This document shows positions 11,641 through 23,950 of a DNA stretch of 64,000 bases, in pieces. The notes beneath the pieces are model-generated. The model was not told the origin of the DNA, made no database searches, and saw nothing but the letters and a program-made list of their open reading frames with translations. A program made the translations under genes and the position numbers. This DNA comes from Nemertoderma westbladi (taxonomy: Eukaryota; Animalia; Xenacoelomorpha). Each line of letters starts with the position of its first letter. Position 1 is the first letter of the stretch. The DNA lies in the NCBI GenBank assembly GCA_032718475.1, contig JAUCBJ010008861.1:1-64000 (forward strand). Reading direction: 5' to 3'.

Positions 11641-13521
11641 CTAGTTCGCTCCTCCCATCTTCGGGAACCATCTTAGTTCTTTCCCTCTATCATTGTCCTG
11701 TCTGGGCCGCTTCCTTCCCTCTGGCTTGTACTCTCTGAGACTCCTCATTCTCGCCGTTACTGCCTTGCTTATTCCTGTGGTCGATTCTTTGGGCGCTGGT
11801 GTTATTAACTCCCGGTAACGCTTTGCAGGTGGCCCTTCCGAATGACCCTTCTGCTTCCCCCTGGTAGCGTCCCACAAGATCATTTTCATGGTTTGCGGCA
11901 CGTGTTCGCCAGAAAATCCCTGAACTCGCCTCTGTTTTCTGGTGTCCACCTGTCCAAGTACCTCTGTGTATTGATGACTCCTCCATATGACGCCGATATC
12001 GCTACCTCTTGGTATGTAAATGGCAGTCTCCTCTTGATAATCTCCAGATGGGCTTCCTGATTGATGTTGAAGAAACCCTACCGGAACTCCTGGGACTTCA
12101 TCCTCTGTTGCCTCATAACGCCGACGTCGGCCCAATCCTCGAAGATCTTAAACTTCTCCTCGTCGTCCATCCAGTTGCACCGGCACCCATAGTGCCCTCG
12201 GAAGTTACACTTTGAGCAGCGGTTGTGCAGCCTCAGACATGCCCCCATTCTATGGCTCGACTCGCGGCAGTAGAGGCAACTCGTCCCCTTCTGAAATCGA
12301 TACAAACAGCTCTTTTCCTGTTGAGTCAGCCTCCCGCAGTAATCACAGCCGTGTATCAACGCATCCCGCACCAAGTCGTCTTTTGCCCCGAGTGGTCTCC
12401 TCAGTCTGTGGAGCCGTTGGTAAGCAAACTTCTGGACATTAACGTCTCTATCCATATCCACGTCCTCCTCCCGCCTTGGCATCGTCTCCCCAAACACTAC
12501 CTGTGGTGCCGTTCCTGGTTGCCCGCCCAACCTGATGATGCTCCCCGCCAAATCCATCGTGCTCCTCGTGCACCCAGGTCCGCTTGCCGGGTTTATCCCA
12601 GAAGGCCCTCGCCCCACTGGACGTCACCACTCTCCCACCCACCCAGTCTGTATCTGAGTGGCTGATCCTCTCGATGGGCGGCATCTCCCCGAACTCGTCA
12701 TCATCTTCCTCCCTCGCTGGGAGTGGATCCAGACCAAGTATCCCAGTAGACCCACTGTGTCCTTTTCCGCCTTGGCTTCTACCCGTAACTTTCCATCCTT
12801 CCTGTTCCCTCGGTCTTTTTCTTGCGGAATCGCCCTCAGAGCCCGCAGGCATGGGCATCACTTGCAATCCTGATGTCGACTGTTTCGGCGATTCTTCTGT
12901 CCATCCCTACTCCTCCCCCAGATACTCGCACGAGCTCCCTGATCCCCACCTCAGCTCGTCCAAGTTCTGGACCTCGAACCCGTAATACTCCCCCCTTATC
13001 TCTACCTCTCTCTCATCCGCTTCTCTCCTTTCTTGCCTGGCGACTTCTTCCAGTCGCTTCTCTTCAAGTCTATATGCTTCCAGCTTCTCCCATCTCTTGT
13101 ATGGTGTATCCTCCTCCCTGTCTACTAGGTGCTGGCTGTTGTAGTACACCAACTCCTTCAGCCCCAGGTGGACACCTTCGGAGGCCACCTTAAAGGCTCT
13201 TCCGTAGTTTGGAGGTGATCCTGATAGCAGAAACGCCATCGGCTCTCTTCCGATAACCACGGCCATGAATAGGTTTAGTAAACCTATCATTACCCAATCC
13301 TCCTGTAGGATATATCTCTTCTGATATATCTTTAATGCTCCTCTTCGGAACTGATGCACCTCCTGTTTCCCTGGCCTCGCTCCCCACTTCAGCGAGTTCA
13401 CCAGCTCCGCTCCGTACTCCTCCCGGAACTTGCCCCAGTCCATCGGCTTGTGGCAGACAAGGCCCATGAGCTGGCCCATCCCCACTGCTCCACAATGTCC
13501 TGTGTTCTCTACCACTCCCAA
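11641..13521 (-). pseudogene. Extra ORF downstream of pol in element B1 (triple CCHC zinc-knuckle protein), disrupted
   Basis: Pieces at 12907-13521, 12448-12867 and 12078-12617; the frame continues past the TAG at 12078 as GFFNINQE..YLDRWTPEN. Homologous by eye to ORF 59833-61032. Confidence 0.75.
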
Positions 13522-13639
13522 AGTGCCAATTTTTCTTGGTTTTATTTTATTTTTCTAATGTTACCCCTGTCTGTGCTATCATCCTATCTACCTTGCTACT
13601 TACTATGTACCCTACCACTACTATGCTATGCCTACATAC

Positions 13640-14290
13640 CCTTTACTTTCTTACTACGTGGCACTCTCGGTGCCCACAACTTCTAACTTCTATGGTACTA
13701 TGTACCCTAATACTGGTACTATGGTATACCAAAATACCACTCCCTTCACTCTCTCACTACGTGGCGCTTTCGGTGCCCACAACCCTTCTGCTACTACCTC
13801 TATGGTATACCTACATACCATACCCTCTACTCTCTTACTACGTGGCGCTCTCGGTGCCCACAACCCTTCTGCTACTACCTCTATGGTATACCTACATACC
13901 ATACCCTCTACTCTCTTTCTACGTGGCGCTTTCGGTGCCCACAACCCCTAACTCTCTCGGTACTATGTACCCTACTACTACTCTCTTGGTATGTCTATAT
14001 ACCACACTCCCTAATCTCTAACTTCTAACTCTCCTCTTACTCTTACTGACTTCTACTAACTTTCTAACTTCTTACTCTTACGGTACTATGTACCCCGCTA
14101 CTCTCGTGGCATGTCAATATACCACACTCCCTAACTTCTAACTGCCTACGGCACTATGTACCCTGCTACTCTCGTGGTATGTCAATATACCACACTCCCT
14201 AACTTCTAACTACTTACCTAGTGCTACGTATTATCTACTACTATTATTTTCTACTATCTCACTACTTATTTTATTATTTTCTTAATCTTA
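13640..14290. repeat. Hairpin-rich tandem repeats (78-bp and ~70-bp units) between the pol end and the extra ORF
   Basis: Repeated CTACGTGGCGCT(T/C)TCGGTGCCCACAAC and GGTACTATGTACCC..GTGGTATGTCAATATACCAC. An inverted homolog lies at ~30960-31159. Confidence 0.85.
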
Positions 14291-14944
14291 ATCTTAAAAT
14301 CCACTTTGTGTGGGAAGGGCGTCTTGCCCTCATTCCCACCCCCGTCAGTCCAACATATTGGACGACTAAACTTCAAGGGCGATTCTTCCAGCAGGCACTC
14401 TCCCACTGCCCCCTGTATGTCCTCTTATCCTTCGCCACACTCTCCTTGTCAATTCCAACTCTCTAGGAATTTATTCTCCCTCCTCCACCACCCTACAATC
14501 GGGTCTTTTGGTCGCCTTCTTGATTTCCTCATGGCCACCTGGCATCAAAATGCCACCCTTCATCTTGTCGTCACCTGGCGGTAGAATGAAAAGAAATCAA
14601 AAGAATAGATAAAACAGAATGGATAATAGTAATCCTATCCCTTTCCACCCTGTCTTCTTGTTTGACCTCCCCCTTTTCGGTATGCCACTCAACCGGACTG
14701 GCGTCTCCTCCAGACACTTCTCCGGACATCTCGCCGTCCACTCTTCTCCATCCTCATACCGATACTTGCTGGGAACATCCTTGTTCCATCCCATCGTCTC
14801 TAAGTCTTCCGCGTCAAATCCATTCTCCTCCGCCCACTCTCTTGCTGTTGCTTCCCCTCCTAACTTATCAACCGATGGTATTTCTCTGGAACTATCCTCT
14901 ATCCTTTCACCACGCTCCACTATGCATGGTTCCAGATTCCATAC

Positions 14945-15210
14945 TACTAGGATCGGCATGCTGCATTGCAGCTGCATTTTTAAGAATGCTGTGCTGGCTT
15001 GTCAACAAAATTGTGCACCGCCACAACTCCCTATCACCCATGACACTTGCTAGATCATCCGCATCTTTAAGGCCAGTGTCCTTTAAGATGCGTCTCAAGA
15101 AAGTCATGGGCTGTCCACCATGCTTATTCACTCCATGAGGCTGCCAAAGTACAAGATTATGCACTGGCTGGTCCTCACGGCGAAAGCAATGTCCTGCAAA
15201 GCGGAGGCGA
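14945..15210 (-). mobile_element. Short 3' fragment of an RTE LINE with 15-bp TSD
   Basis: Encodes the RTE C-terminus RLRFAGHCFRRED..DRELWR and has a TAG tail. TSD TTCCAGATTCCATAC at 14930-14944 and 15211-15225. Confidence 0.9.
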
Positions 15211-15297
15211 TTCCAGATTCCATACCAAACTCCTGGTATCCTTCCCCAGGCTGCTTCTCATGTGGGACCTCCCCATCGCCCGTCTCTGGTTTCTCCT

Positions 15298-18200
15298 TTA
15301 CGTCCTTAACAGTGCCTGATAGCATGCACCGTGATGTCTCCGACACCCTGAATGTAATCTTGGTTTTAATTGGGCCACTAAGCGTCCATCCGAACAGCGT
15401 GAGAATCGCCGTCGGATCCCGCTGCTTATTCTCTCCGAATATGTCCGTACTCTCTTGTGGGCCGTCGGACAATCCATTCCGACTATGATGGATACCTTCG
15501 AGACGTCCACTTCTGGTATTGAGAAATCGATATCGTCCAGGAACCAGTATTGCTTGACCTCGATCCTGGTGGGTAACCTGGCTTTTATATTAATCGATTC
15601 TATTATCTGAATGGGGTCGATGATCGCCCCATAATCACATCCTGGTGCTATTGCTGATATCTCGCACCGTCCCGTCCTCATCTCCAGGACCTCATCCTTA
15701 CTCAAGATAGTAGTTACCGCCATCCTACTCGGCCTCGTCTGTAACCCTATCTCCTCGGCCACCCAATTCTCCACCAGCATGAAGGCTGCTCCGCTGTCGA
15801 CCAGCATCAATGTCGTGACTGATCGGCCGCCCTTTCGTGTTATCCTCACTGGTACTACGCCGAGTAGTACTTTCCTCTTTCTCCTTGCTCCCGTCGTGCT
15901 CGTAGCCATAGTTTGGCCTCCAGTCTCATCGTCTCCTATCGGTGTTTCTCTACACTCTCCGAATCTGTGTCCTTCTACCACGCATCGATGACATAGTCCG
16001 TTTGTATCCGCGTAGGCTACACGATCTTGTTTAGGCAACGCTTGCCAATGCTTACAACTCATGGTCTTATGGGTCCCATCCCTATGCAATTGACATTCGT
16101 ATCCTGGATTGTAGCACTCCCTGTATAGCCCTTCACGTATTGCGCGTAGATTCATATCTACCTGTTTAGTGTTTTGGTTATTTGGACTCGGCCTACTGGG
16201 TGTGTTGGGATTATATTTATTCGTGTTGTTATTTTGTTTCGGTCCCTGCCATGGTGTGGCCCTACTTCCAGCTAACTGTGGACTTGTAGTCCCCTGCGTG
16301 GCTGCATGTGGTAGCGACTGTCTCAATCTTGGGAATGCATCTGCCGGATTGTGTTCGGGTTTTGGCCTGTTGTATTCGGCTTTCGGCGCCTTCCCCAAAC
16401 TATCCTCACTGTAGACTCGGTCTGTAATCAACTCCGCTTCATAATTGAGGAAGTTCGACATTTCCTCTAGACCCGGTTCCGCACCTTTCTTCTCCCGGGT
16501 GGAGAAGGCGATCTTCCTCCATTTGTTTCTTAGCCAGATTGGCAGTGCCTGCACTATCGTGGTGATGTTATTTGATGCGTTGAGTTCGTATGGCGCATCC
16601 AAGGTCTTTAGCATGATTAGCGCCTACTCGACCTTATTCGCAAAAGTCTTTATACTGACAGGGTTATCCTGTAGGTCACCCGATGTTACTCCCCTCAAGG
16701 TCTGCCAGATGATCTTGGCAGGGTGTCCGTATTCCCTGTCTAGGGCCCGCCATGCAGTCGTGAAGCCACCCTCGATGCCCTGATACTGCCTCACGATGTC
16801 GTACGCTGGGCCTCCTGTGTATACCTGTAGATATTTTAGGTACTCTGCCTGCGTCAGGTTTTTAGTTAATATTTTGTTACTGTACATGCGCCGGAATTGC
16901 AGGTATTCTTCCGGCCTGCTTCCATCGAATTTAAATGGCTCTACAGGTGGTAGCTTGATTCTGGTCTTGAGTGCATCGATAAGTGTTGCCATTCCCATCG
17001 CCTGTGCTTCCAATGTGTTTGACGGATGCTGTACAGGCTCTTCTGTTGTTGGGTGCGGTCCGCCCGTCGGTCCTGTCGACCTTTTCTGTGTCGGATATAT
17101 CATTGGGGGTAACGGCCCCCTCGATATCTCCGTATCGCACGATCTATTCTGATCCAAGGGGTTCGGGGTTTTTATTCTCGGCTGGGTGTATTGCTGATAT
17201 TGTAATGGGGGAATGTCACCCTGCCCCCCCCCCCCCCCCTCACCGTTGTTATGTTTGGTACTGGGGTTGATGTTAATATATTGGGGCCCACACACCTATT
17301 GGCAATAACTCCCTCCTCCCCTGGGTATATGTTATATCCTTGCATATTATAGTCATACTGGTGTGCAGGTACCGGTATAGGCCTATCCATCTCTTGCCTA
17401 CCTACCAGTATGTACACCGCGACTTCCGGATCTAATCCCGTTGTTAGCGCTACCCTATCGCCTACACTATCTCTTCCAGCATGGCCTATAGTATGTGCAG
17501 TAAGGCCTACAGTATGTCCTGCAGTCTTCCTGTGTCCTTCCGGACCGAAGTTTAATCTTCTCGAATATTCCAAGAAGTCGTCCCCGCGACCACCGTACTC
17601 TTGATCGGCAGCTATATCCCGTCGGGAAGTTTCTCTTCGATCCCCTCTTCTGTCCTCGTCCTCGTGCCGGTATATCCTGTACCCTTCTCCCAGTGTATGG
17701 TATATTTCACCAGGCTGCGTCTCTCCAGGGCGAGGCAATCTCCCGGAGTTCGACCCCACTGACTCTCCAACTCCATTTCTGCTACTGACGGATCGCTGTC
17801 CGTCCTTGCTCTCCAGTTGCTCATAGCAATGCTTCTTCTATTCTCTTCACTTCTTCTCTCTTCAGTGTAGCGATCCCTTTCGTGAGACCTCTCTTTGACC
17901 TCCTGGATAAACTCCACTGTTCTTCTTCCGTCTTCCGACTGTGCTCGACGTCTCATCGCTTGCCTGCTCACAGCGCCAACTTCTCTCTCTTTACCCGGTT
18001 GGACGCTACTGGGGATATTCGCAATCCCCCTACTATTCTCTGTCATCGGGTGCCGCGGTTCACCTAACTTGGCCCGCGCATTATCCGCCGACGTTTGTGG
18101 GACATTCTCTACCCCCCCCCCCCCTCTTGCCACTAATCTCTCGTGGTGGGGCGCCCGTAGCCCCCCCCCCCCCCCCCATTCGCCACCTCTTACTTCGCTA

Positions 18201-18858
18201 CCTCCTACTTCGCCTCTATGCCCCTCTCTAGTTGACGCACTATCTCTACTCCGGCTGGGTCTGCTCACCCCCGCCTCTCCCTGTGCGACTGCATGGCCTT
18301 GCAGGCTCCCATTGGGTTGACTCACTCCCGCTACTCCCTGCCTAACTACTTGGCCTTGCAGGCTCCCATTGCGGTGACTCACCCCTGCTACTCCCTGCCT
18401 AACTACGTGGCCTTGCAGGCTCTTGCTGGTCGGACCACCTGTATCCCCTACATTCGTATTAATAGCAACGTTATCAATAGTATTATTGTCCAAATTATTT
18501 AAATTATTTTGTTCGGAATTGGGGTTATTATTACCAGGTAAAATATTATTTCCTACAACAAAGGTTTGATTAGGGTTGTCTACAACGGTACTATTAATAT
18601 TAATTCCTTCTAATGTGTTATTATTACCCCCCCCCGCCCCCTAAGGTTACACCAGTCCTGGGTCTGTCGTCCGGTGCCTGTAAGTGGGGTATTAACAAAC
18701 ATTTCCATTACTTCTGGCTCCTGGTAAACACTACCCGAACCAGCCTCACTCTCCGATAGTTCCCAACTTTGCCAGTTCTAACCAGCGCTTTTGCTTCGCC
18801 TGGTATTGCATAAGCCCCCTTAGCCAGGTATGCATATCATCCCGCATACGCTTTCCAG

Positions 18859-18889
<31 letters not shown>

Positions 18890-19852
18890 CTCTCTCAAAC
18901 TTTGGTCGGCCAACTCTGAAGTGGGCAGAGGCCAACTCTCAACCCTCCTCACCTCACGCTCTTTGCGCTCGTCCATCTCTCTCGCCTCTCGCTCTTTGCG
19001 CTCGTTCATCTCTATCTCTTCCCGCTCCCTACAGTTTCTCGACACCCTCTCGGCCCTCTCTTTATACTCCCTCGCTAACTCTCTCTCTTTCTCTAATAAT
19101 GCGGTTCCCACGTCTAGTTGCCTCTCCAACTCCTGCTGATCCAGCGCCACAAGGTCTAGTTTACACGCCAGATCTATCTCTAACACCCTTCTTGCTCTTG
19201 CGGAGGATGTAGCGGACTTATCGGTCGCGACGGACTCCCGTCGCCTCTCTGTCCTACTAACTTTCCCCCGCTTTCTGGGGTTCTTGCTAACCAACGACAC
19301 CAAATCCTCGGGGTTAACCTCGGGTTCGCCGTCGTGCGGGTCCCCCCAACCCACTAACTTAATTCCCCTAGCATCCACTAAGTAAGGCCCTACGTACACT
19401 ACTTCAGGCTCCATTACCCCGGCCCGCCATAATTCAAACAGTTCCGTGGCGACCCCCCTTGGTCTCTCACTCGCCAGTTCTCCCTGTCCAAAACGGACTA
19501 AATATCGAAAATGTTTATTCGACTCACCTTGCCTCTGATGTAGTTTAGGCTGGTCTACCTTTCTCCTTTCCTTGGCCTCCTTAAGCAGTTTCTTGGTGGC
19601 GTTGTAGGCCCGTTGTAGCCGATCACTCGTCCCGATGTCCTCTTCACCAACTCCTCCTCCTCTCCTCGTCCGGCGTCGTACCGGCGGCTCCACCATCGCC
19701 GTTCTGGTAGGCCGTCCGCCACCCTCGACCTGTGGCTGGCCGGCAACTTTGGTACTCCGACCGCCGTCGTGCGTCAACTCGTCTCTCCTTCGTGGTTGAC
19801 GGCCGCCCTCCGCTTGGGCTACCGGATCGTCCCTTGTCGGCGAATCCGGCAT
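15298..19852 (-). pseudogene. BEL/Pao gag + aspartic protease of element B1 (several stops and frameshifts)
   Basis: LPPVEPFKFDG..YLQF, YLQVYTGGPA, LDREYGHP (DUF1759-like); knuckles CQLHRDGTHKTMSC and CHRCVVEGHRFGEC; VLLGVVPV..LVDSGAAFMLV; IIVGMD. Confidence 0.9.
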
Positions 19853-20023
19853 CGCTGGCCGATACCATCGCGTCGCAGCCTCACGGATCGTTTGGTTGGT
19901 GTCATCCGGGGTCCGCGGCGGCGTCCTCTCTCCCTCTGATAATCGGGCGTTCCTTCCTCCGCCATCCTTCTATTTTTCTTTGTTCTTGCAGTCACAGTTT
20001 ATTGGTAGGTGGCAGTTAATGAC

Positions 20024-20382
20024 TGTGACGGGATCAGAGATCCCGACCAGGTTGTTAAATTACGCGTCACCGTTCTGCTGGGGATCGTGCTACTAGCTTT
20101 GGCCGAGGCAGAAAACAGTGAAAGTTTCTGTTGTCTTTCGATATTAATTAATATGGACGATAATAGCACGCCAGTAAATGAGCAGAAAATACAGATTAAT
20201 TGTTACCGGTATGGCAGTGGCAGTCATTAACTATGAACGGTCTGCACTGACTGAACTGAATAACACAACTGACCGGTAAACCAGTAATATAAGATAATAT
20301 ATGATTAACACATTGAATATTGGTTCACCTCCTATTCAACTTTAGTCCTCTACCCAATGGATGCTTTCGTGTTCCCTATCAC
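20024..20382 (+). repeat. Dispersed module, copy 2
   Basis: Matches 10271-10636 directly and 28462-28774 inverted. Confidence 0.85.
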
Positions 20383-20796
20383 GTCTAGCTCCCTTTCGCT
20401 TACCTGACTTACACTCGGTGGACTTGAGGGATTATTACGGGAACTCCGGGTGCTCCTCACAGCCACTGGGACCACGGCACTGACCAGACTCACGGATCTG
20501 GAAACCGGGCTTTGGGCTCTTGCTCCAGCTAAACTGCCCTCCTTACTACTCACCTTGGGTTGGGCTGCTGTGCAATCCTTCTTTACAGTAGTAGTAGGGG
20601 ACCCTATTAATATTACCTCACCTTGATCTTCTTCACTGGTCATTGTCTCATCCTCCTGTTCACTTACGTCAGCGTCACTCGCTGCATCGTCATAGTCGGC
20701 ATGGTCGTCAACAGTTATGTTGACACTGTCATCATTCGGTGATCCAGACGCCGTTTCATAGCTGTCCTCTAGTGCCTCCTTCTCTGAGACTCTCAT
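20350..20796 (-). CDS. Acidic/Ser-rich ORF of unknown origin, possibly the N-terminus of a truncated retroelement protein
   Basis: ATG-initiated 148-aa low-complexity ORF with no diagnostic motif; it runs into the dispersed module. Confidence 0.25.
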   Translation of the reverse strand: MRVSEKEALEDSYETASGSPNDDSVNITVDDHADYDDAASDADVSEQEDETMTSEEDQGEVILIGSPTTTVKKDCTAAQPKVSSKEGSLAGARAQSPVSRSVSLVSAVVPVAVRSTRSSRNNPSSPPSVSQVSERELDVIGNTKASIG

Positions 20797-21379
20797 TGTT
20801 AAGTATATATTTTTGCCTTCCGGCTGAAATCTCGCAAAAATTCGAGATATAGTAATTTAATCGAATATTCGAATACATTTTTTGTCAAATAATTTGTTTT
20901 GTCTCAAATGTCAAATACGAAATTGGTTAATTCACAATAAAATAATATGAATTTAATTGTATAGTTACAGCAAAAACCAGTATAATATTTAAACAAAATT
21001 GTAGCTCTATAGCTATTATACAGCATTAGTAGTATACATTACATGTCCCCCCGCACAAGGTCACCCGTAGCCCATCATTACCATCCATTTCTAGTACTGC
21101 AGCCAATCAGAAGCCACCATTTCAACCATTAGCAGTGGTCGTTATTATTTCAACCAATCAGATTACAGCATTTCAACCGTAACCATGGTAACTTCTCAAG
21201 TTCCCGCTTATTCCGCTAGAGGCGTTATTAGTCCCCCGACGCTAGTACTGCATCCAATCACCAACCTTTATTTTACAGGTGTTCGGGTGTCTACACTTAG
21301 CATCAGGTAACGTCTACTATTTTTCAAATCGCTATTTTTCACCAGTAACTAAATTTAATTTTGCAATTTTTCAGATAAC

Positions 21380-21460
21380 AAAATATTCAACAGGGTTCGA
21401 ACCCGGGACCGATATAACTCCCCACATTTCTCCACTCACTCTCCCATCCAACCACGAGAG
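21380..21460 (-). promoter_or_regulatory. tRNA-like Pol III A/B-box unit in left TIR
   Basis: Mirror image of 24984-25065. Confidence 0.5.
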
Positions 21461-22329
21461 AAAAAGGCGATAAATATCCGAGTTATAGCTGTTGAATGCC
21501 AAGTAATAATTATTCAATATCGATTTATTCATCATAACTGGTCGCAGATGTTTACAAATAGCTTGTGGTAGTATCAATTATAAATTATTGTTCATTGAAT
21601 TCTATACTATAGCATATACCACCAACGAGATCCAATTATTCTAATGATTTCGATAGCATAAAATGCATATTAATTAATACGAAATACATCTAACTAATAA
21701 TAATAATATACTTGTTCTACATACATTATCAGTACAATATTGACAGGTTAATTACGTTTGAATATAAGATGGAATGATAATTAATGTTTAGATCTAGGGT
21801 ATTGATTGTTGTGAGTATGTGCTAGATATAGCAGTAATAGTGTTATTCGATATGTAACATTATGAAACAATGTCTCATGTATACACTGTAGTGTTGCAAC
21901 TATGTGTAGGTAAGTCAATGTGTCAGTGTTAATATAGTATATTACATTTTTTTATAATATATTGGTTCTACAGAGTGATGCTGGGTTTTAGCACTATTAA
22001 TTTGACATTTTTTTTATTGCGAAATTAGATTCACTGAAAAATTCCATTAATAAACTTTGCGAGACATTCCTTAACTATTCTTTGACAACAAATTGTCTAT
22101 CTATCTATTTTGAGTAAAAAATGTGAAAATTAAAATGCAAGTCTTAAAAACTGAGTAAGTACTGTTATATATTTATTTAAAAATATGAAATTTCGTCAGT
22201 AAATGCGAGACTGCTGTAATCATCTATTTTTTTAGTAAAAAATAATAAACTTACTGTATATATGTTTAAAACCAAGCATCATGCTACAGAAAAAATATTA
22301 ACTTAAAATTCTTCACAAACTTAATAGAA

Positions 22330-23950
22330 TTTGATGTCATGTTGCAGATCATCCTTCACATGCTGCCTATGGCAACTGATTTCACTTCTCTGCAAAATAT
22401 TACACGTATTTCCAGCATCTTTGAAATTTAGGTCTCCAGTTGTGATACTCGGAGCCAGCTTAAAAACGATTCCTAGCCATATGACTTCTGTTGGATCGGT
22501 TGTAATACCTGTTGTCATAGGTTATGTCACATTGGTCATTACTGGGGTACGAGGTATGTTCAGATTGGTCTCTTAGATGAGGGTTTGGGAAGTGTTGATG
22601 TGGATAATCGTGTCTACTCACTCTGTGCTTCTGATACTGCTGGTATGTTTGACTTTGGTATCGAGATGGTTCTGGGGTATGTCTCCAAGAGTTCCTCACA
22701 TACTCAGTATACCTATTATTATCTTGCGGGATAGATTAATATTGATTACCATTATAGTTAGCTTGATTGTTATTGTGCCAGTATGATTCCCTAGAGGTTT
22801 TGTAGTGTAGATCAAACCCTTTATTATTCCGCTTCATATCTGTGCTGCTTCTACTGCTTCCGAAGGGGTGCTTCGTTGGGTTTCTTGTTCGTATCTCGTT
22901 TGATGTTGCTTAAAGATGTTGTGTTCATTCTTGTTACTACCTTGTGATTTTCTTAGATTGACAGTTTCTTTGGAAACATTATTTAGATTTGCCAAGAAAT
23001 CAGTCTGTTGTTGTAGAAGTATGGCAATTTTGGTATCATTATCTAGTTCACTATATTTGTTTTCAGTCCTAATGTTGTGCAGCATCTGGATCTTTGATTT
23101 GAAGGTTGGTTTGGCAGGTCTTTTTGGTTCTTGCTAGGTGTCTTTGTTTTTGAGGACTTGTTCTAGAGTAGAGAGACATTTCATTGATGGGTTTGTGATT
23201 ATTACAGAGTCTTTTCTTATGTTTGTTGGTACCTGACTTCCTTGCAGGGATTCACCTTTCTTTTCCTTTATGCTGTATGAGTAAGTAGGATCTATTTCAG
23301 TTTCATTTGGATTGTCTGATATATTATCTACTGTTATATACTCATCAGTCTCTGATGGCGAAGATATGTCAGTTGTAGAAGTTGTGGACTTCTAGATATG
23401 TCAATTGTAGAAGTTGTGGACTTTTTCTAAGCCAAGTGGCACTAGGGACCTAGCAAAAATTTCTTTTGGATTTTGCATGATGCTCTCCACCCTGGCTGTT
23501 TCAATGAATTAATATGATGTCATAGCTTTGCTGAGTTTTGTCAGAGTCATATTCAGTGCCTCTGTTGATGTTTCCTTTGGTTGTGTCTTCGGGGAATTCA
23601 TAGTTGGATTCCTCGGATTTGGTTCTTGATAAATAAACTGCTGCCTGAGCCTAATACTGTATTATTATGTGCTTCACTGTCACAGCCGATTTCAATAGCA
23701 ACAGGCTTTGTGTAGGGAAGGTTATCTAATGAATTGGTGCGACGATGATTGCGTTGGTTAATCTTGCTAGCCTTTCAAGTGTTATGATGTTCCGTTCCCT
23801 TCTTTTGGGAAGCAGATTGAGAAGTGTATACTGGTTGTGTAATTCGAAAATCTTTCCTACATGTTCTTAGCCACCCAGTTTCGAACAGCTATGCTTCTCT
23901 CCTTGGGATTGATTGGAGGGCAAGATGAATGGCTTTTCAAGAAGAATGAA
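22330..23950 (-). pseudogene. Highly decayed coding-like filler inside the Polinton-type element, possibly a LINE remnant
   Basis: Short broken ORFs; EVIWL..GDLNF resembles AP-endonuclease motifs. Weak support. Confidence 0.3.

Larger units (their letters stand above)
10807..20023 (-). mobile_element. BEL/Pao LTR retrotransposon, internally deleted (element B1): gag-protease, pol C-terminal remnant, extra 3' ORF, putative PPT and 3' LTR
   Basis: DUF1759-type gag, CCHC knuckles and DSG protease. No RT, RNase H or integrase core was seen. It is collinear with the inverted copy at 28775-31159, and no matching 5' LTR was found. Confidence 0.8.

Noticed and set aside
13536-14021. Hydrophobic ORFs that could look like an env or membrane protein
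   Set aside because: They are antisense to the element and produced by the CT-rich 78-bp repeat.
21279-21577. Short ORFs duplicated at 24868-25166
   Set aside because: They are mirror images inside the TIRs, have non-ATG starts and show no motifs.
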